A stretch of 64,000 nt of DNA from an uncultured bacterium (GCA_963695095.1 CAVOFT010000001.1:1824001-1888000); one strand, 5' to 3'. Positions 1 through 10,099 are shown, counted from the stretch's first letter. Numbers and translations are program-made. Notes: a model not told the origin generated them from the letters alone.

Positions 1-3000
1 GGCCGATTGCTCAGCGGCCGCTCCGGCGCGAGCGCCGTGCCGAACACGAGCGTCACGTGCTGCACCGCCTCCCGATTGCCGTGGATGTCCGTGGCGTAGA
101 AGCTGAGCGTATGTTCCCCGTACTCGCTGACGCCGAGATCGGCGAAGCGAAGCAAATCGGTGTAGACGCGCGCGGGCTGCGCCTCGCCCCCGAGATCGAC
201 GTCCCAGTAGGTCTGGTCGACGCCGATCTCGCTGGAGCTGCTCAGGCGCAGCTCCGTCTCGGGGAGCAGGAGCAGGCCCTGGTCGGTGGCGGCGCTGCTG
301 CCCAGCACGCTGAGCGTGGTGATCGGCGGTCCGATGACGGCGATTTCCACCACGCGCGTCGGCAGCGCGCGCACGGCCACCTGCACGATGATGTCCGCGC
401 GGCCGCCCTCGAGCACGCGGACGCTGTTGCCGGCCGTGCCCAGGTTGCCGGTGAGGACGCTGTCGGCCGCGAGCTGGCCGTCACCAGCGATCATCGTGAA
501 GGCCACGGCCTCGGCGAGGACGCGGTTGCCGAAGAGGTCGCTGACCGTGGCGGTCAAGGTGGCCGCCTGGCCCGGTTCGAGGGACAGCGGGTTCGCGGCA
601 ATGGTCAGGCTGGCCGGAGGACCGGCGTGCACCTGGATCGGGTCGGAGAAGACCACCAGCCCCTGATCGTCGGTGATCTGCAGGTAGATGGCCTCGGCCG
701 CGGTATAGGACTCGGTGATCGTGACCAGGCCCTGGGCGGTGGTGCCGCCGCTGAGCGCGAGGTTGCCCGCCCCCGGCTGGCCGGTGTTGTGGTTGACGGC
801 CGCGATCGTGAAGCTGCGATCGTCGCTGGTCACGCGCTGGCCGGTGGACGTGTCCACCAGCTCGATGGTGACGGGGAAGGTGGCCGGCGGGCCGACCGTG
901 GCGCTGACCGGCGTCGTCACCCGGTAGGCGACCGACTCCGGCACCATGTGGATGATGCCGCTGGTGCTACTGCGGCCGCGCCCGTCGCTGACGCGAATGA
1001 CGATGTCCTCGACGACCGGGTAGGTCTGACCGACGATGGAGAGCTCGCCGGCGGCGAGCACGCCGGCCGTGACGCCGAGCGCGCCCAGCGCCGGGCCCTG
1101 ATTGGGCGCCAGGGCGGTCAGCGTGACTTCCTCGTTGGCAACCGTGATCAGGGTGCCGTCATTGCGCACCAGGCGCACCGTCATCGGCCAGCTGGCCGGG
1201 GGGCCGGCCTGGGCCTGAGCGGGCACGCTGATCTCGTAGTGGGCCTCGCCGACCGGGATGTCCACGGCGTGCGCGAGTACGACCGGATTCGCCAGGTCCT
1301 CGACGAAGAGGGTGACGTTGCCCTGGTTGTGCAGGATCAGCTCGTAGTCGCCGACGCCGCCGATGAGGGCCGTGCCGTTGTTGGTCGGGTTGCCGGCCGT
1401 CACGCTGCCCTCGGAACTGCTCAGCGTGATCGTGCCCGCGTTGAAGCCGTCGTTGAGGTTCCAGTACTGGTCCGTGGCCCGCACCTGCACCATGAAGGGC
1501 ACCTCGGCCTGCTGCAGGCGCGGCGTGCCCGTCTTGCCGGTGGGGGAGCTGGCGCCCGGCTGCGGCGTTTCGCCGGGGGCGATGAGCTGCAAGCGCTTGT
1601 AGCCGTCGGGGCGCATCACGATGCTGTTGGAGGTGCCCACCACGCCGCGCGCATCGTGAACGCGCAGGTAGATGTGGCCGGCGCCGGTGTAGGTCTGGTT
1701 GAAGTTGGCGACGCCGTCGGCGAGCACGCCGCTGCCGACGCTCCAGGCGCCGACGCCGAGCTGGCCAGTCTGGCCCGAGTAGACGTCCACGCTGAAGATC
1801 GTGTCCTGGCTGGCGACGACGAGGCCCGTGCCGAGGTCGAGCAGGCGCACCGTGACGGGGAAGTCTGCGGGTCCGCCCACCGTGGCCGTGTCGGGCACGG
1901 TCAGCGCGTAGCCGAGGCCGCCGGGCTGCATGGTGAGGATGGGCGAGTAGCCGACGCGCCCGTAGTCGTCCATCACGCGCAGGATGATGGACTCGACCCG
2001 GTCGTACTGCTGGCCGTTGATGACGCGCACGCCCGCGGCGAGCGTCTCGGCGGTGATGGCGAGATTGCCGGCCGCCACGCCGAAGTTGGGGTAGAGGGCC
2101 GCGATCGTGAAGCTCTGATTCGCGTCCGGGGCGGGGTCGCCCGTCACCGGATCGATCATCTCGACGATCATCTGGAAGCCCGGGTAGCCCGTGTGCGGCG
2201 AGAGATCGGGCAGGGTGAGCTGGAACTCGTAGCCGGGATTGACCGGGATCGACACCGTCTGGCCGGGCGGGGCCGGGTTGGCCGCGTCCCAGACGCTGAG
2301 GTCCACCTGGCCCTCGCTGTCCAGATAGATCTGGAACGTGCGGCGGCCGTTGACGAAGGGCGCGCCCATGTCGCTAGGGTTGTCGGCGCCCACCGAGTTG
2401 TCCGTGGCGCTGAAGGTGAGGGCGCCGCCGTTCGTGGCCGCGGCCAGGTTCCAGAACTGGTCCACGGCCCGTACGGTGACCGGGAAGGGGCTGCGACTGC
2501 GCTGGGTATCGGGCACGCCCTCCTTGCCGGTGGCCAGGAAGGCCTCGATGCCCGCGCGCACTTCCTCGCCGGGGGCGAGGAGCTGCAGGCGCTTGTAGCC
2601 ATCGGCGGCCACGCTGAAGATGGCGCTGTTGCCGATGAGGGCGTGGTCGTCCACGACGTGCAGGTAGACGTTCTCGGCGCGGCTGTAGGACTCATTGAAG
2701 ATCGCGTAGCCGGCCTCGAGGCTGGCCTGCGTGATGGCGGTCATGCCGAGGCCGGGAGCGCCCGTGGCGGCGGCCCAGATGGCGATCGTCAGCTCCCGGT
2801 CGGCGTCGATGCGGGTGCCGGTGTCCACGTCGCGCAGCTCCACCGAGACCGGGAAGCTGGCCGGCGGACCGGCGACGGGATTCGCACCCTGGCCCAGCGC
2901 GACGCGGTACTCCATGCCGTTCGTCAGCATGTGGATCGGCTGGCTGTAGGCCAGGCGCCCGGCGTTGTCGCTGACGCGAATGATGATGTCTTCCACGGTG

Positions 3001-6000
3001 CCGTAGGCCTGCGCGGGCAGGTTGCCGACGCCGCCGTTCAGCGTGACCTGGCCCACCCAGAGCACGCCGCTGGCCGGATCGAGGTTGCTCTTGAAGGCGG
3101 TGAGCTGCACGGTGTGGTTCGCGGCGCCCTCGGGATTGCCGAGGGAGTCGACCAGGCTCACCGCCATCGCGAAGGTCTGCGGCGGGCCGACGCGCGCGCT
3201 GTCGGGCGCCTGGATCAGGTACTGCGAACCCTGCTGCAGGTTGATGGTCACCGCCTGGGGCAGGATGTCGAGGTTGTCGAGGGGATTGGCCTCGACGGAG
3301 ACCGACCCGCTAGCGATGAGGAAGATCGGGAAGCTGATGCTGCCGCCGGCCAGATTCTGGCCCTGGTTGGGCGGGTTGATGGCGTCGAGGGCGCCGTCGC
3401 TGCTCGTGAGCCGGACGTGCTCGTCGTTGTCCGGCACGAGGTTCCAGTACTCGTCGACGCTGCGCACGATGACGGGGAACTGCAGGCTCGTCGTCTGCAG
3501 GGCGGGCGTGCCGAGCTTGCCGTCGGACTCGAAGCCGCCGGGGTTGGGCGTCTCGCCCGGTGCCACGATCTGCAGGCGCACGAAGGGGCCGGGCTCGATG
3601 GCGACGACGGAAGTGTCGGTCCGGGCCGGCCAGGTGACATCACTCACCACCAGCGGCTGATCGCCGGCGCTGCGGAAGTAGAGCTGGGCGCTGGCGCTGC
3701 CCGCGGGCGGGAGCACCAGCGGATTGGCGCTGATCATCTGGCTGTAGCCGACACTGCTCAGGACCACGGTCGGCTGCGTCGCCACCTGGTTGAAGTAGCC
3801 GTCGACGGCCAGGATGGCGGCCGTGATCGTCTCGCCGGCCGTGTGCGGGTAGGGCACGCCGGCCTTGCCGATGCCGATCCCCGGCGTGTGCAGCTCGCCG
3901 GGCAGGAGCAGGAGCAGGTCGCTGTAGGCGCCGGGCAGGACGTCGAAGGGATTGCTCTGGCCGGTGCGGGCGTAGGCGGATTCGGTGGCCGTCAGCACCA
4001 CGTCCTGGCCGGCCTTGTAGACGCGCAAGCTGCCGCGCCAGACGCCGTGCTCGCTGCCGGGCCAGGTGCCGCCGTCGGCGAAATCGACGCTGGCCGGTAG
4101 CAGCACGTCGGCGCCGTGGCTGACCGTGAGCAGCGCCGTCCCCTGGTAGGTGGGGATGTGGTTGCCGAACTGGTCGCGGGCGATGATCGTCAGGTCGTTG
4201 AGCGCCTGTCCGGCCACGAAATCGGGGATGGGCGAGAGCGGATCGTTCGCGCTCGGGTTGCTCAGCGCGTTGATGCCGAGCGTGAAATGGTCGACGACGC
4301 CGGCCTGGAGGGGCACGGCCGTGAAAGCACTCTGGCTGCCGTCGAGGTCGCGCGCCTGTACGGTCTGGAAGTTGGGGTCGGCCAGGGTGCGCAGGGTGAC
4401 CGTGTAGTTGCCGGTGGGCGTGGACTGCTGCTGGCCGCTGGCGGGCAAGGTGGCCGCCGCGTCCGAGCTGCTGAACTGGAGGCGCACCGGGAAGGTGGGG
4501 TCGTTGGTCGCGACCGGGTTCCAGAAACCGTCCGTCGCCACGACGCCGACCGCGAAGGGCACGCCGGCGTCCTGGAAGTTGGGCGTGCCCAGCTTGCCGT
4601 CCGCCTCGATGCTGTCGAAGATGCCCGGGGCGAGCGTCTCGCCGGGGGCCACCACGGCCATGCGCGCATAAGCCGCCGGCGATACCTGGATGGCGCTGCT
4701 CGTGCCGCTGACGCCCTGGGAACTGGTGATCGTCAGGCTGCGGCTCCCGCGCGTGCGGAAGATGACGCTGATGGTCGTGGCGTTGGTGACCGTGAAGTTG
4801 TTGTCGGCGTAGGCGGGGAGCTGGAAGTAGCCGTCGCCGCTGCTCGCGCCCACGAAGTGATTGCCGCCCACCATGTTGAAGTAGCGATCCACGGGTCGCA
4901 CGACGACCGGGGTCACGGTGAATCCGGCCGTCGTCGGATTCGGCGTGCCCAGGTTGCCCGTGAAGCCGGGCGTGCTCAGGCCCGGCGCGTAGGTCTGCCC
5001 GGGCAGGGTGACGAGAAAGCTCTCCAGCGGCCCCGGGTCCACCTGGAAGTAGCCGCTGGTCGAGGCGGCGCTGCCGCCGCTGTCGCAGACCAGCGCGCAG
5101 GAGAAGAAGCGTCGCGTGACCTGGATGTCGGTGTCCAGCTCGCCCGCCGTGAAGACGTTCGTGCTGCTGAGCAGGTAGTCCTCGCTCTCCTCGGCGCCGT
5201 AGCGCACGCGCAGGGATACCGCGCCGTTGAAGGGGAAGCGATTCTCATAGAAGTCGCGCGCGGTGATGCGCACGTCGAAGGGCTGGGTGGTCACCTGCAC
5301 GTCCAGGGTGTCCCAGATCGCGTAGTTGAACTCGAAGTGGTCGAGGCTCTGCGGCTGGACCGTCAGGTAGCTGTTGCTGACATCCGTGATGGAGCCGCTG
5401 GCCGTGGCGCTAACGCTGTGCGTAGCGGCGGTGATCAGCCGGAAGACCTGATCGGCGAGCATGTTGTCGCTCATCAGGCCGCCCGGGGGCAGCTGCACCG
5501 CGGCGTGGCCGTCCGAACTGGCGTAGCTGACCGTGAAGGGCAGGCCGGGGTCCGTCTCCCGCACCGGATTCCACCAGGGGTCCACCGCGTAGACCGTGCC
5601 GCTGAAGGGGATGCCGGCGAGCTGCGCCGTGGGGCTGCCGCTCTTGCCGGGCGGCACGCCGGGAGTGAGCGTTTCGCCCGGGAGCACGATCACGATGCCC
5701 TCCAGCGCGGCCGGCCAGAGCGGGGTCACCGCGGCCGTGCCCTGGGGGTAGGCGCTCTGGCCCGGGTAGATGCGGCCCCCCGTCGCCGTCAAGGTGTTCG
5801 ACTGGGTGAGCTGGTGCGTGCCCAGGAACTGCACGGGCACCACGGCCTGGCCGTGGTCGAAGAGGCTGCCGCTGATGAGCTGGCTGGGACCGGGTCCCAG
5901 GTTGCCCACCGCCGCGCGCAGGGTGACGTCGTCGGCGAAGTTGGCGATGGCGACGCCGTAGGTGTCCACGGCGGTGAGCGTGATGGGGATGTCCTGGCCC

Positions 6001-6452
6001 ACCCACTTGTCGCCGCCCGGAACGCCGATGTTGAAGTGGTCGACGAAGGGGTAGCAGTTGATCCACTCGTAGCCCTTGGGCGCGGTGATGTCGTCGGCCG
6101 CGCGGGCCTCGAGCTGGATGCCGCTGCCGGGGGCATTGAAGACGACGTTGTCGAACTGGACCTCGCCGTTGACGATGTAGCGCGCCGGGGGCAGCGTGGC
6201 ATTGTGCGTCGCGTAGAGCTCGAAGAGCAGGGCGTTGACGCTGGTGTCCACCGTGCCGCCGGCGTTCATGGCGCGCACGCGGACGCTGAAGCCCTGTCCG
6301 ATGGTGACCGCCGGGTTGCCGTCGACCATCACGGCATCGACGACGGTGAGTTCCGTGTAGCTCCAGGCAGCGGCGCCGCCCGCGGCCAGGGCCGTCATCA
6401 GGAAGGCCAGGAGCGCGGCCTGCACGGGGCGAGCCGGGATGAACTGCGGCAT
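1..6452 (-). CDS. Giant secreted repetitive beta-sandwich (Ig-like) surface protein, >2150 aa, 3' end beyond the window
   Basis: Manual translation of the minus strand. GGAGG then ATG at 6452, signal peptide MPQFIPARPVQAALLAFLMTALAAGGAAA, open to base 1 ending ...LAPERPLSNR. Absent from the ORF track because there is no stop in the window. The plus-strand ORFs 57-4100 and 4116-6512 are its in-register shadows. Seven copies of a PG(E/Q)...D-x-(W/F/Y)-(W/F)-N repeat. Confidence 0.9.
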   Translation of the reverse strand, partial: MPQFIPARPVQAALLAFLMTALAAGGAAAWSYTELTVVDAVMVDGNPAVTIGQGFSVRVRAMNAGGTVDTSVNALLFELYATHNATLPPARYIVNGEVQFDNVVFNAPGSGIQLEARAADDITAPKGYEWINCYPFVDHFNIGVPGGDKWVGQDIPITLTAVDTYGVAIANFADDVTLRAAVGNLGPGPSQLISGSLFDHGQAVVPVQFLGTHQLTQSNTLTATGGRIYPGQSAYPQGTAAVTPLWPAALEGIVIVLPGETLTPGVPPGKSGSPTAQLAGIPFSGTVYAVDPWWNPVRETDPGLPFTVSYASSDGHAAVQLPPGGLMSDNMLADQVFRLITAATHSVSATASGSITDVSNSYLTVQPQSLDHFEFNYAIWDTLDVQVTTQPFDVRITARDFYENRFPFNGAVSLRVRYGAEESEDYLLSSTNVFTAGELDTDIQVTRRFFSCALVCDSGGSAASTSGYFQVDPGPLESFLVTLPGQTYAPGLSTPGFTGNLGTPNPTTAGFTVTPVVVRPVDRYFNMVGGNHFVGASSGDGYFQLPAYADNNFTVTNATTISVIFRTRGSRSLTITSSQGVSGTSSAIQVSPAAYARMAVVAPGETLAPGIFDSIEADGKLGTPNFQDAGVPFAVGVVATDGFWNPVATNDPTFPVRLQFSSSDAAATLPASGQQQSTPTGNYTVTLRTLADPNFQTVQARDLDGSQSAFTAVPLQAGVVDHFTLGINALSNPSANDPLSPIPDFVAGQALNDLTIIARDQFGNHIPTYQGTALLTVSHGADVLLPASVDFADGGTWPGSEHGVWRGSLRVYKAGQDVVLTATESAYARTGQSNPFDVLPGAYSDLLLLLPGELHTPGIGIGKAGVPYPHTAGETITAAILAVDGYFNQVATQPTVVLSSVGYSQMISANPLVLPPAGSASAQLYFRSAGDQPLVVSDVTWPARTDTSVVAIEPGPFVRLQIVAPGETPNPGGFESDGKLGTPALQTTSLQFPVIVRSVDEYWNLVPDNDEHVRLTSSDGALDAINPPNQGQNLAGGSISFPIFLIASGSVSVEANPLDNLDILPQAVTINLQQGSQYLIQAPDSARVGPPQTFAMAVSLVDSLGNPEGAANHTVQLTAFKSNLDPASGVLWVGQVTLNGGVGNLPAQAYGTVEDIIIRVSDNAGRLAYSQPIHMLTNGMEYRVALGQGANPVAGPPASFPVSVELRDVDTGTRIDADRELTIAIWAAATGAPGLGMTAITQASLEAGYAIFNESYSRAENVYLHVVDDHALIGNSAIFSVAADGYKRLQLLAPGEEVRAGIEAFLATGKEGVPDTQRSRSPFPVTVRAVDQFWNLAAATNGGALTFSATDNSVGADNPSDMGAPFVNGRRTFQIYLDSEGQVDLSVWDAANPAPPGQTVSIPVNPGYEFQLTLPDLSPHTGYPGFQMIVEMIDPVTGDPAPDANQSFTIAALYPNFGVAAGNLAITAETLAAGVRVINGQQYDRVESIILRVMDDYGRVGYSPILTMQPGGLGYALTVPDTATVGGPADFPVTVRLLDLGTGLVVASQDTIFSVDVYSGQTGQLGVGAWSVGSGVLADGVANFNQTYTGAGHIYLRVHDARGVVGTSNSIVMRPDGYKRLQLIAPGETPQPGASSPTGKTGTPRLQQAEVPFMVQVRATDQYWNLNDGFNAGTITLSSSEGSVTAGNPTNNGTALIGGVGDYELILHNQGNVTLFVEDLANPVVLAHAVDIPVGEAHYEISVPAQAQAGPPASWPMTVRLVRNDGTLITVANEEVTLTALAPNQGPALGALGVTAGVLAAGELSIVGQTYPVVEDIVIRVSDGRGRSSTSGIIHMVPESVAYRVTTPVSATVGPPATFPVTIELVDTSTGQRVTSDDRSFTIAAVNHNTGQPGAGNLALSGGTTAQGLVTITESYTAAEAIYLQITDDQGLVVFSDPIQVHAGPPASLTIAANPLSLEPGQAATLTATVSDLFGNRVLAEAVAFTMIAGDGQLAADSVLTGNLGTAGNSVRVLEGGRADIIVQVAVRALPTRVVEIAVIGPPITTLSVLGSSAATDQGLLLLPETELRLSSSSEIGVDQTYWDVDLGGEAQPARVYTDLLRFADLGVSEYGEHTLSFYATDIHGNREAVQHVTLVFGTALAPERPLSNR

Positions 6453-6579
6453 CGAAGGCCTCCACAGGGCGATGCGGTTGGAACCTCGCGCATCCGGGTC
6501 GGCGAGGAGTGACCACCTGCTTCCAGCGCTGCCCGCTGGCGGCGACGAGGCCGCGGAACGGGCGCTCGACCGGCTGGAC

Positions 6580-6595
6580 TGCAACAGGTATGCCA
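6580..6595 (-). promoter_or_regulatory. sigma54 (-24/-12) promoter of the giant surface protein gene
   Basis: Minus strand reads TGGCAT-ACCTG-TTGCA, a near-perfect TGGCAC-N5-TTGCW, about 130 nt upstream of the ATG. Confidence 0.75.
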
Positions 6596-6600
6596 TCGGG

Positions 6601-6625
6601 GAAGTCGCGTTCTTGCAAGGCCTTG
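6601..6625. promoter_or_regulatory. 25-bp IHF-like site (copy 1 of 5)
   Basis: GAAGTCGCGTTCTTGCAAGGCCTTG, immediately upstream of the sigma54 promoter; aligns without gaps to four other copies. Confidence 0.4.
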
Positions 6626-6814
6626 CGCGGGATGATTCGGAGGGATCAGAAGTGCCAGGGTCGGCTGGGGCCCGCTGACGCCGCCCTCGCCGCCGGCGGT
6701 GCCGCTCTCCATTTGCACGATGGCGCCGAATCCTCTGGACCCGCGGCTGCATCCGATCGAGCGTGCGTGGGCGCGGCGGCCGCCCGCGCTGGGCCCTATC
6801 GAGAAGGAAGCCTC

Positions 6815-7729
6815 ATGCCGACACCGTCGCTTGCCGTCTTGGGACGCCTGCTGCTCGCAGCCGGCCTGCTGCTGGCCGGCGGACCGGCCGCCGCCGCTCT
6901 GATCCAGGCGCCGGGAGCGGCGGGCTCGCTGCAGGGGGCCCTGGACAGCGCCGTCGCCGGCGATGTCGTGCTCGTCGCGGCGGGGCACCATGCGGAGGGC
7001 GCGGCGCTGGTCCTGCGCGAGGGGATCACCCTGCGGGGCGCGGGCAGCAAGCCCGCGGACACGGTGCTGTCAGGGGCCTACATGCACCAGATCCTCAGCG
7101 TCGGCGGCGAGGGCTCGGTCGGCATCGAGAATCTCACGCTGGCGGACGGCTTCGCCCTCAGGGGCGCCGGTCTTTCGGTGTCCGGCGCCGAGCTGCGTCT
7201 CGATGGCGTGCACTTCCTGCGCAACGCTGCGGCCGGCGACGGCGGCGCCGTCTACGCCGTCGGCGCGGGCCTGCAGATCACGAATTGCCTCTTCTTCGCC
7301 AACTATGCCTCCAGCGGCAGCGGCGCGGCCCTGCACATCCAGGGCTCGGGGCCGGCGGGCAGCCTGCAGCGCATCGAGTACTCGACCTTCGCCGCCAATG
7401 CCGGTTGCTGCGGCGGGCGCTCGCTGGTCCTGGCCGACTGCCAGGTGGAGATTTCGCACAGCATCCTGGAGGACGTGGCCTGCCTGGCGGGCGGCGCGCC
7501 CGTGATGAGCTGCAACAACGGCAGCGTCTGCGGCACGGACGCGGGCGGCAACTTCATCGCCGACCCGCGCTACTGCGGCTTTGAAGAGGCGGATTGCCGC
7601 CTGGAGCCCGACTCGCCCTGCCTGGCCGTCAACAACCCCGAGTGCGGCCAGATCGGCGCCTTCGGCGCCTGCGCGCTGACGGCCGTCGCGCCCAGCAGCT
7701 TCAGCGCCATCAAGTCGCTGTACCGCTAG
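6815..7729 (+). CDS. Secreted right-handed beta-helix (pectin-lyase-like / Pmp-repeat) protein with Cys-rich C-terminus and terminal SFSAIKSLYR motif
   Basis: AAGGAAG before ATG 6815; signal peptide; SLQGALDSAVAGDVVLVAAG start motif; FxxN and GGAVY repeats; GGNFIADPRYC...LEPDSPC segment. Confidence 0.8.
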   Translation: MPTPSLAVLGRLLLAAGLLLAGGPAAAALIQAPGAAGSLQGALDSAVAGDVVLVAAGHHAEGAALVLREGITLRGAGSKPADTVLSGAYMHQILSVGGEGSVGIENLTLADGFALRGAGLSVSGAELRLDGVHFLRNAAAGDGGAVYAVGAGLQITNCLFFANYASSGSGAALHIQGSGPAGSLQRIEYSTFAANAGCCGGRSLVLADCQVEISHSILEDVACLAGGAPVMSCNNGSVCGTDAGGNFIADPRYCGFEEADCRLEPDSPCLAVNNPECGQIGAFGACALTAVAPSSFSAIKSLYR

Positions 7730-8309
7730 CCGCAGCGCGCGCCGCCGCGCCCGCCGCGCTCAGGCGCAGGCGGGGCGAGCGCCGGCCCAGCCATTCCATC
7801 CCCAGCGCGAGCGCCATTCCCCAGGCCCAGCCGGCCGCGACGTCCAGCGGGTAGTGCACCCCGACGTGCACGCGGCTATAGGCGACGAGGATGGGCAGCG
7901 CCAGCGCGGCCCAGCGGCGGCGCCAGCCGGCCAGGCCGAGGGCGAGGAAGCTGCCGGCGGCGCCCATGTTGGCGGCATGCGAGCTGGGGAAGCTGAAGCC
8001 CGGGCCGCAGTCGACGAGGAGGCGCAGGCCTGGCAGCGCATCGTGGCAGGGCCGGGCGCGCGCGAAGGCGTCCTTGAGCCACTGGCTGGCGCTCCAGTCG
8101 CTGAGGGCGATGAGGGGCAGCAGCCAGAGCGCGCGCAGGCGCCAGCGGGGCCCGCAGAAAAGGAGGATGAGCAACCAGAGCGCGAGCAGCGGTATGCGCA
8201 GGGGCTCGTCGCGGGTGATGAAGACGAAGAAGGCGTCGAGCCAGCGCGGCCAGTGCGGCGCATTGAGCAACTCGAACAGGGCACGATCGAGGGCGAGCAG
8301 CCGCTCCAC
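7710..8309 (-). CDS. PAP2-family membrane phosphatase (undecaprenyl-PP phosphatase-like)
   Basis: Motifs KxxxxRxRP, SFPSSH and SRVHVGVHYPLDV; hydrophobic segments; GTG start after GGAGAGG. Confidence 0.9.
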   Translation of the reverse strand: MERLLALDRALFELLNAPHWPRWLDAFFVFITRDEPLRIPLLALWLLILLFCGPRWRLRALWLLPLIALSDWSASQWLKDAFARARPCHDALPGLRLLVDCGPGFSFPSSHAANMGAAGSFLALGLAGWRRRWAALALPILVAYSRVHVGVHYPLDVAAGWAWGMALALGMEWLGRRSPRLRLSAAGAAARAAASGTAT

Positions 8310-8367
8310 GGGCAGCCTCTCCGGGCTTGATCATGAGGGGCGAGGCGCCCGCCTGCTGCGGGTCAGG

Positions 8368-8451
8368 TGCCGGAGGTCGGGCTCGAACCGACATGACCTT
8401 GCGGCCGGGGGATTTTGAGTCCCCTGCGTCTACCGATTTCACCACTCCGGC
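8368..8451 (-). tRNA. tRNA-Leu(CAA), CCA not encoded
   Basis: GCCGGAGTGGTGAAATCGGTAGACGCAGGGGACTCAAAATCCCCCGGCCGCAAGGTCATGTCGGTTCGAGCCCGACCTCCGGCA; anticodon arm GGGGA-CTCAAAA-TCCCC; long variable arm. Confidence 0.97.
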
Positions 8452-8460
8452 GGTGGGCCG

Positions 8461-8488
8461 AGCATAGCAGTCCCGCCCCTGCTGTCAA
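8461..8488 (-). promoter_or_regulatory. sigma70-type promoter of tRNA-Leu
   Basis: TTGACA-N16-TATGCT with an extended TG, 10 nt upstream of the tRNA. Confidence 0.7.
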
Positions 8489-8497
8489 GCCGGGGCG

Positions 8498-9082
8498 CTA
8501 GGCGCCGCCGCTCTCTCGCCAGGGGGCGAGGGCGCGCGGCGGCCCCAGCACTTCGGCCAGCACCACGGCGCGCCGCCAGCCCCGGCTGCCGGGTGGAATG
8601 AAATGGCTCGGCTGCCGCCGCGTGACGGTGGGCACCGCCGCCAGCTTCCGCACCACCGGCTGCTCGATGGCTTGCTCGCGGTCGCGCAGGATGGAGGCTG
8701 CGGCGGCGCGCTGCTGCTCCTCATCGGCGAGGAAGCGTTGCCAGTCGGCACCCGGCGAGACGTCCCAGGTGCCGCGCTCGGCGGGACTGCCCTCGACGAG
8801 TTCCGGCCGCGCCTCGGCGTCGGTGAGGCCCTCCTCGGCGAAGCTGGGCCGGCGCGTGCTCGCCGGCGCCGGAGGGGGCGCCGGCGAACTCGTGGGGGCG
8901 CCGAGCTTCTCGGCGAGGCTCTCGAGCCAGGGCGGCAGTTCCTGCTCGGCCACCGGCGGCGGAGCCTCGGCGCTCCGGCGGCGCTGGGGCGCCGCCGGAG
9001 CTGCGGGTTTGCCCTGCTTGGCCAGGCGCCGGATGATGCCGGGCAGGGCCAAGATGAGGAGCAGGAAGAGGATCTGCTCCAC
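8498..9082 (-). CDS. Membrane-anchored protein downstream of floA (YqfB-like position and motif)
   Basis: N-terminal TM helix, Pro-rich linker, C-terminal RAVVLAEVLGPPRAL motif; third gene of the nfeD-floA operon. Confidence 0.65.
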   Translation of the reverse strand: MEQILFLLLILALPGIIRRLAKQGKPAAPAAPQRRRSAEAPPPVAEQELPPWLESLAEKLGAPTSSPAPPPAPASTRRPSFAEEGLTDAEARPELVEGSPAERGTWDVSPGADWQRFLADEEQQRAAAASILRDREQAIEQPVVRKLAAVPTVTRRQPSHFIPPGSRGWRRAVVLAEVLGPPRALAPWRESGGA

Positions 9083-9085
9083 GGC

Positions 9086-10099
9086 CTAGGCTCCGGGCTT
9101 CTTGTCGCTGTCGGGCTTCTCGTCGCCGGCGATGGAGTCGCGCATGGCCGTGTCGCTCTGGATGTTCTTCATCCGGTAGTAGTCCATGATGCCCAGGTTG
9201 CCGTTCCGGAAGGCCTCGGCCATGGCCCGCGGCACCTCGGCCTCGGCCTCGACCACGTGGGCCCGCATCTCGACCACGCGGGCGCGCATCTCCTGCTCGA
9301 CGGCCACGGCCATCGCGCGGCGCTCCTCGGCCTTGGCCTGGGCGATGCGCTTGTCCGCCTCGGCCTGATCGGTCTGCAGCTGGGCGCCGATGTTCTTGCC
9401 CACGTCCACGTCCGCGATGTCGATCGAGAGGATCTCGAAGGCGGTGCCCGAGTCCAGACCCTTGGCGAGCACGGTCTTGGAGATGTTGTCCGGGTTCTCG
9501 AGCACGGCCTTGTGGCTGGCCGCGGAGCCGATGGTGGAGACGATGCCCTCGCCCACGCGGGCGAGGATGGTCTCCTCGCCGGCGCCGCCGACGAGCCGGT
9601 CGATGTTGGCGCGCACGGTGACGCGGGCGATGGCGATCAGCTGGATGCCGTCCTTGGCCATCGCGGCCACCTTCGGCGTCGTGATCACCTTGGGGTTGAC
9701 GCTCACCTGCACGGCCTCGAGCACGTTGCGGCCGGCCAGGTCGATGGCGGTGGCCCGCTTGAAGCCGAGCTCGATGTTGGCCTTGTCGGCGCTGATCAGG
9801 GCGTTGACCACCAGGGTCACGTTGCCGCCGGCCAGGTAGTGGCTCTCCAGGTCGTTGACCTGCAGGCTGAGGCCGGCCTTGGTGGCGGCGATCAGGGGCC
9901 GGATGATGTCCGGCGGACTCACCTTGCGCAGGCGCATGCCGACGAGGGTGAAGAGATTCACCCGGACGCCGCTGAAGAAGGCCGTGATCCACAGGCCGAC
10001 CGGAATGAAGTAGGTGAACAGGATCAGGCCGACGATGATGAGGCCGACCACGAGGAAGAGCATCAGCTCGGTCGCGATCGCGAAGAGGGGCAGGAACAT
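9086..10099 (-). CDS. floA: Flotillin-like protein FloA (YqfA)
   Basis: [77 protein letters not shown] before ATG 10099. Confidence 0.95.
   Translation of the reverse strand: MFLPLFAIATELMLFLVVGLIIVGLILFTYFIPVGLWITAFFSGVRVNLFTLVGMRLRKVSPPDIIRPLIAATKAGLSLQVNDLESHYLAGGNVTLVVNALISADKANIELGFKRATAIDLAGRNVLEAVQVSVNPKVITTPKVAAMAKDGIQLIAIARVTVRANIDRLVGGAGEETILARVGEGIVSTIGSAASHKAVLENPDNISKTVLAKGLDSGTAFEILSIDIADVDVGKNIGAQLQTDQAEADKRIAQAKAEERRAMAVAVEQEMRARVVEMRAHVVEAEAEVPRAMAEAFRNGNLGIMDYYRMKNIQSDTAMRDSIAGDEKPDSDKKPGA

Noticed and set aside
57..6512. Long plus-strand ORFs 57-4100 (1347 aa) and 4116-6512 (798 aa)
   Set aside because: In-register antisense shadows of the real minus-strand gene, with no recognisable motifs. 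Stop-poor shadow frames are expected in GC-rich DNA.
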